A DNA stretch of 64,000 bases, taken from NCBI GenBank assembly GCA_963764165.1, contig CAVXRD010000001.1, forward strand, positions 416,001-480,000. Reading direction: 5' to 3'. The stretch is from an uncultured Verrucomicrobiae bacterium. Lineage in GTDB: Bacteria > Verrucomicrobiota > Verrucomicrobiia > Limisphaerales > Palsa-1400. Position numbers and translations under genes: made by a program. The notes under the pieces were generated by a model that did not search any database, had not been told where the DNA came from, and was given only the letters and a program-made list of their open reading frames with translations. The number at the start of each line of letters is the position of its first letter. The stretch's first letter is position 1. Positions 59,135 through 64,000 of the stretch are shown piece by piece.

Positions 59135-62100
59135 TTAAAACCCCGCCCCCAATGCCTGCCGCACTTGCTCGATTTGCTGGTCGCGCAATTCGGTGGTTTG
59201 CATCGGTTGAATCCGCGTCGGGCGTCCAAGGAGGGTTGCGATGGCGTCGGCCGCGCGGTCGCATATGCGCCATTCGCGGCCTGGCAACGGCCTCCGGCCC
59301 GGGATCACCGTCCTGTCGTCGAGCAGCGGCGCGAGCGTGGTCGCTGCACCGGCGGCCGGCGGCGTTTCAAGTATCAGCAGCGCCTGTTCGCGGAGGGCCG
59401 GATCCAGCTTCTTGTCGCAAGCTTGCTGCGTTAAATTCTGAACCAGCCTTTCCGGCGCGAGCTTTTTCAAAGCCGCGCCCGCCGATATCGGGTAATCCGC
59501 GCCGGCCAGAAAACCAAACAGCCGCTCTTCTGCCGGGTGGTAACCGAGGTCTCCCAGCGCCTCAATGATGCCAGCGGCGGCGGGTGGCTCCTCAGCGCGA
59601 AAGGCCAGCGGATTCTGCATGCGGCCCATCCGCTGGAAATTGAAACGCGCATCTCCGCCTCCTCCGCCTCCCCCCATGCGAGCCACTCCGCGGGCAAAGT
59701 TCAACGGAAAATCGCGGACGACTTCGTTCTGCTGGCGCAATTCCTGGGGCTTAAGCGCCGGCATTTTGAGCCATGCATCCAGGTTCGTGACCATCGCCGG
59801 AGCCGCATTGCTCGCTTTGATTCGCGCCAGGGCTTTGGCCATGGCGTTGACAACGTATTGATTGGTGTCGGACAGTCCGTGCAGCAGCGGCTCGACAAAT
59901 CCAGCATTCGGCGCATTGGTCTCAATGACGGTGGCGGCTTCCCAGCGCACGGCGGGAGCGGAGTCCGACAATGCCCGCAATTCGGTCGCGCGTGTTTGGT
60001 CCGTCGCCGGAAGGCGGCTCAATAATTCGCAGTAGATGCGCCGGGCGCGCGGCGGCGCGGCGTCAAACGCGGAGCAAATCAAGCCCGCGTCCAGTCCCTC
60101 CGGATGTTCCAAAAGAATCGGCGCGATGACGATGGCGTGGCCGGCCCCATTCGTTTCCAACAGCGCCATGAGATCGCGCTGGTATGGCTGCCAACGCAAT
60201 TTCGCGATGGCCTGGCAAAGGCCGTCCGAAACCGGCTGCCATTGCTCCTCCCCGACGCGGCCCAGCGCCGCGATCAAGGCGGGCACATCGCGGTCCACGG
60301 CTCGCGTTTGGATTTCCTCCATCGCCTCGCCAACCTCCTTGTACCCTTCCGCGTCCGCGTTGAACGAGGTGAAGGATTTGAGCAATTCCGCCATGCTGCG
60401 TTCCGCGAAAAAGCTCGCGGTAAAAGCGGGCGGCGGCGGAACATTCCCGGTGGCGGCAATATCGCGCCACGCCGCATCCTCGAGTGGCGGCTCATTGGTC
60501 CGGCTGAATTCTCGATAGCTCAAGACCGCGCCCCGATAGAGCGCGAGCTTTCCGCCTGCAGGGAGAATAATGTAAAGCGTTTCCGGCCGCCCGACGCCGG
60601 CGTAATAAGAGACGCCGCCTTCACCGGGGAATTGGATTCTATTGACAAGCGCGGCGCTGTCTGAATTGGCCTCTGGCTGCGCATCGGGGAAGAATTGGAA
60701 CGACGCCAATTTCATCCCGTAGCCGCCGATCCATTTTTCGTCCTCGCGCGAAAGCTCCGCGCCCTCCAGATGCTTGCGGGCCAATTCCGCCAGCCTCTCG
60801 CAAAACGGGCCGAAATCCTCCATCAATTTTGTCACGGATTTTCGCGAGTTGAAAAAATGAAGCAGCACTTTGCGGTCGGCTTCGGAAGGCGAGGTTTGGC
60901 TGGCGCACCGGCGCGCAAGCGCTTCCAGATCGTTCATCATCTTTGGCAAAAGGTTTGGATTTTCTTCGTAGTCCGGACCCTTTGCGTATGCCACGACAAA
61001 CTCGTTGAATTGCGCCAGCGGCCCGGCCATCCGCTCCTGTTCCTCAGGTGATCGCGGGGCGCCGGCCTGTTCCATTTGGACACAATCGAGCAGCTTTTGG
61101 GCGGTGGTCTTGGCGTCGAAGGCTTCTTCAATGCCGGCTTTTTTGAACACCTCGGCTGCCTCCCCCGCCAGCTTGCCAAGCCCCGAAAAAAAGTCCGGAT
61201 AAGGCTCGACCTGGCCGCTTCGCGGGCGATCTGCTTCGTTGTCGCCGCCGCGCATCATCGTGTGACCCGTCGTCTCATGTTCCAGTTCAGCCCACGCGCC
61301 CAGTTGCGTCCAGACTTGCTTGTCCGCCCACGCCTGCGAGCGCAGCGCGGGGCCGACGCGGACGGGCAAAGGCGCCTGCAGCGCCTTCAGGAGATCGAGC
61401 GCGCGGGCGCGCAGCGAATCCGCCGGCGCTGGCAACCCGGCTTGCTTTATGCTGTCAACTAAAGCATTGCCATCCTGGTCCCGCAACGCCTGTTCCGCCG
61501 CGGCGGTACGAAGGGACGGGGAGGCCACCAGAAAATCCAAACCGGACGGGTTTGCGCCCGCCGGAACCTTCGCACCCGGGCTGATCGCGGCCGAAAGGGC
61601 GCTTTGCCTTTGTTGCGGCGGGAGCAGGCGGAAACCAGTGATGGCCGGGGTCGCTTTGGCGAGGTGGGACTGAATTGCGGAAACATTCTTGAGCATTGCG
61701 GACAGGGAGGCATCCGCGCCCGCAGACGCCTTCTCGGCGTCCAGATAGCCAGTGATTGATCCGCGGCTCATGGGAGCGAGCAGCGCCGCCCATGGCTCTT
61801 CAAGTTTTTGCCAGGCGGCAAACAATTCGGGCTGCTTGTTCAGCAACCATGTCAGGCTGAGCGCGAGTTTCGTTTCACGCGTATCGGAGAGTCGAAATTC
61901 CACCGCCGCGTACCACTGCCAGGCGGCGCGATAACCAATCCAATCCGCATTCGTCTCGCCGCCGTGCTGATGAAACTCCGCCGCATGCAATGGCGGGCCG
62001 ATGGCGACACCCGCCTCGGTATTGCTGGCGAGCAATGTATCGATCAGTTTCTGCTGATCCTGCGGCAATGAAACTCGAAACGATTTATCCTGCAGCGCCA

Positions 62101-62512
62101 ACCCGACCGCCGCAAAGCGCGCCAGGTCGGAAAATTCGGCCGGTTGCGCTTTCGCTTGTTCGCCCGCCGCCGTCCACAGTTGCCGCGAGAACTCCTGCAA
62201 ACGCGAAGTCTGGGAGGATTCCAACTGCCGCATCCCGGCCGCCAGCAAAACATGGTAGCCGTGCCACGCTGAATCCGTGGTGATGAAATACGGCAGCGAA
62301 TCATCAACATAAGGCGCGAACATATCTTTGTAAGACGGGTCAGCGACGACGAACCCATTTTTCTCCAGCAAATGCCACGCCGCCACTGAGCCATCGAATT
62401 TCTCCAGCCCTTGCACCAGCGAATAGGTCTGCGCCGAAGCCGCCCCTGTGGAAACCAAAAGGAGCAACGCGACGCGAACGATGGCGGGCCTGAACAATTG
62501 AAGCGCTTTCAT
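59135..62512 (-). CDS. DUF3160-like domain protein with C-terminal HEAT repeats, secreted
   Basis: LEKNGFVV, PYFITTDS..H.YH, PSGLD, W..K...TQLGAWAELEHET, G.VEP.P.F, G.V.SY.EF; then ALSDSAPAVRWEAA HEAT units. Confidence 0.82.
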   Translation of the reverse strand: MKALQLFRPAIVRVALLLLVSTGAASAQTYSLVQGLEKFDGSVAAWHLLEKNGFVVADPSYKDMFAPYVDDSLPYFITTDSAWHGYHVLLAAGMRQLESSQTSRLQEFSRQLWTAAGEQAKAQPAEFSDLARFAAVGLALQDKSFRVSLPQDQQKLIDTLLASNTEAGVAIGPPLHAAEFHQHGGETNADWIGYRAAWQWYAAVEFRLSDTRETKLALSLTWLLNKQPELFAAWQKLEEPWAALLAPMSRGSITGYLDAEKASAGADASLSAMLKNVSAIQSHLAKATPAITGFRLLPPQQRQSALSAAISPGAKVPAGANPSGLDFLVASPSLRTAAAEQALRDQDGNALVDSIKQAGLPAPADSLRARALDLLKALQAPLPVRVGPALRSQAWADKQVWTQLGAWAELEHETTGHTMMRGGDNEADRPRSGQVEPYPDFFSGLGKLAGEAAEVFKKAGIEEAFDAKTTAQKLLDCVQMEQAGAPRSPEEQERMAGPLAQFNEFVVAYAKGPDYEENPNLLPKMMNDLEALARRCASQTSPSEADRKVLLHFFNSRKSVTKLMEDFGPFCERLAELARKHLEGAELSREDEKWIGGYGMKLASFQFFPDAQPEANSDSAALVNRIQFPGEGGVSYYAGVGRPETLYIILPAGGKLALYRGAVLSYREFSRTNEPPLEDAAWRDIAATGNVPPPPAFTASFFAERSMAELLKSFTSFNADAEGYKEVGEAMEEIQTRAVDRDVPALIAALGRVGEEQWQPVSDGLCQAIAKLRWQPYQRDLMALLETNGAGHAIVIAPILLEHPEGLDAGLICSAFDAAPPRARRIYCELLSRLPATDQTRATELRALSDSAPAVRWEAATVIETNAPNAGFVEPLLHGLSDTNQYVVNAMAKALARIKASNAAPAMVTNLDAWLKMPALKPQELRQQNEVVRDFPLNFARGVARMGGGGGGGDARFNFQRMGRMQNPLAFRAEEPPAAAGIIEALGDLGYHPAEERLFGFLAGADYPISAGAALKKLAPERLVQNLTQQACDKKLDPALREQALLILETPPAAGAATTLAPLLDDRTVIPGRRPLPGREWRICDRAADAIATLLGRPTRIQPMQTTELRDQQIEQVRQALGAGF

Positions 62513-62523
62513 CTCGGGGCAAT

Positions 62524-62550
62524 ATTATACAGCACACCCGCCCGTCACAA
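62524..62550 (-). promoter_or_regulatory. Putative promoter of the DUF3160 gene
   Basis: Perfect TATAAT on the minus strand (62524-62529), 11 nt before the ATG; TTGTGA upstream. Confidence 0.5.
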
Positions 62551-63069
62551 AAGCGCGAATCGGAGTCCTGAAGAATGCGGGGGCGCGCCTCACCTTTTGC
62601 GTCGATGAAACTCCGAGCGTCAAGCGATCAATCCCATGTTGCTTCGTGAGGCTTGGAATTCAGAGCAGCGGTGCGCTAACGTCGACAGACCCCTCTCATG
62701 GATGACCCTTTCTCAGTCGAGCTAGACATGAAAAGAGTCGTCCCCGGGCTTGGCCTTCCGAACGCTGCTTGAAAATCCATCAAAGAAAAATGGGATGTCA
62801 TCCTCGCGGTTCCCTCGCATCCGGCTCCTGACGCGGTCAAGCGTGATAATCGCAATGCGAAAACGAGGCTCGCCCACAGCCTCCAATTGAGTTCAAGCGA
62901 CTCATCCGGTGCGGGCAATCTAGCGATGTCAAATTACATCCGCTCCTTTTAGGATTCGATCCGAAGCCATTGCACCCAAGCTTTTTCGCGCCTGCGGTTC
63001 GGGGCCGCCTTTGCTTGCGCTGAAGCGGGTGCATCGAATTGGCGTTTGGATTTGCTGCGAATTGAAAAA

Positions 63070-64000
63070 CTAACGCGCTTGCAGACGGAAGAATTGCGCA
63101 CCCGTTGCCGATGGAACTATTGCAGCCTGCCATTGTCCGCCAGAGTAGCTCACCGCATTGGTTGCGGGTGTCCAACTGCCCGTCGATAGATCTGTTGATG
63201 TGTATAAGACAAACACTCCAGCGCTCTGGGGCCAATCGACAATCGTCATATTGTTTGAATTCGTCACCCCAATGACTGGCGAAGGATTCACTGCGGATGC
63301 GCTGTTGAAAATGCCGTTCGACGTCGCATTCATCCAGGACGCCCATATCCAATTGGATGAGCACAAGCCTGAAGCGATGCGGGCTTCGTCCATCGCACCG
63401 GCGAAATAATATACATTGTTGGTGAACCTTCCAAAGTCGAGCGGGCTGTTGTTGGCAAAGTCAGGGACCGTTGCGCCGCCGGCCACATTGGTTCCGTCCA
63501 CATACAATTGAGCCGAACCAAGAGTCTCATTGACACTCGCGGCGACCGAGTGCCACACGCCTGGCTTCATTACGCCAGCCGAAGAAGACAGGGTTTGCCC
63601 GTTGCTGCCATCGCCATCTTCGAAGAGCAGACGCTGATCCGCCGTGTTGTAAGTGTTGACGTAGAGACCAAAGCCATCGGTATTCCATCCGCCCGGTTTG
63701 TTGGCGAATATGGTTTGAATATTGCTAGCGCCAGAAGCGGGCCTCACCCAAGCAAAAAGAGTGAACGCAGTTCCCGCGTTAACCGATCCCGCGTGGAGAT
63801 AGGAAGTTGAGCCGTTGAACAATCCGCCCCACCCTGCTTCGCCCACCGTCACCTCGGGCGCGACACCAGTCCTGGCCGGATAATTGCCCGTGCTGTCGGT
63901 GTAGGGAAAGTAGCTTTGCTCCAAATGCCATACGAGCAAGTGTCGCGGCTGCCAAACGGAGCCGTTCGTCGTGTAGGCTGGCGGCGAGGCGGCCAATGGA
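63070..64000 (-). CDS. LamG-like domain secreted protein (3' part; runs off the window)
   Basis: VWHL, FTLFAWVRP, WHSVAAS...LYVDG, F.GAMDEARI; C-terminal LYTSTDL..W...FFRL module. Confidence 0.85.
   Translation of the reverse strand, partial: PLAASPPAYTTNGSVWQPRHLLVWHLEQSYFPYTDSTGNYPARTGVAPEVTVGEAGWGGLFNGSTSYLHAGSVNAGTAFTLFAWVRPASGASNIQTIFANKPGGWNTDGFGLYVNTYNTADQRLLFEDGDGSNGQTLSSSAGVMKPGVWHSVAASVNETLGSAQLYVDGTNVAGGATVPDFANNSPLDFGRFTNNVYYFAGAMDEARIASGLCSSNWIWASWMNATSNGIFNSASAVNPSPVIGVTNSNNMTIVDWPQSAGVFVLYTSTDLSTGSWTPATNAVSYSGGQWQAAIVPSATGAQFFRLQAR

Noticed and set aside
62528..62550. CACACCCGCCCGTCACA resembles the 16S rRNA 1392 conserved region
   Set aside because: Short imperfect match with no flanking rRNA similarity; better explained as the promoter spacer of the DUF3160 gene
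62560..63060. 500-bp intergenic region as possible ncRNA or small ORF
   Set aside because: No convincing structure, motif or coding signal by eye; a covariance-model search would be needed

Overview
A gene-dense, GC-rich bacterial chromosomal window. Gene content (planctomycete-type cytochrome c/FGE fusion, H-X9-DG pseudopilin, secreted HEAT and LamG proteins) suggests Verrucomicrobia, likely Pedosphaera-like; this is an inference. It holds an RND efflux operon, kbl, acnA, pdxJ-acpS, a partial ebo cluster (TatD + eboE), a GH39 xylosidase, two secreted metallopeptidases, tandem TlpA-like redoxins (one frameshifted), a three-gene phosphorelay, a pseudopilin-ABC operon and several large secreted proteins. 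I saw no rRNA, tRNA or CRISPR array. The most striking structure is non-coding. A REP-associated tyrosine transposase (RAYT) sits inside an inverted REP pair, and empty doublets of the same REP are dispersed through the window. One of these is translated in frame as 33 codons of a prepilin leader. Two further REP families are present, plus a separate class of palindromic elements with periodic 8-10 nt arms next to a GxxExxY nuclease remnant. All calls come from reading motifs by eye; no database search was run.
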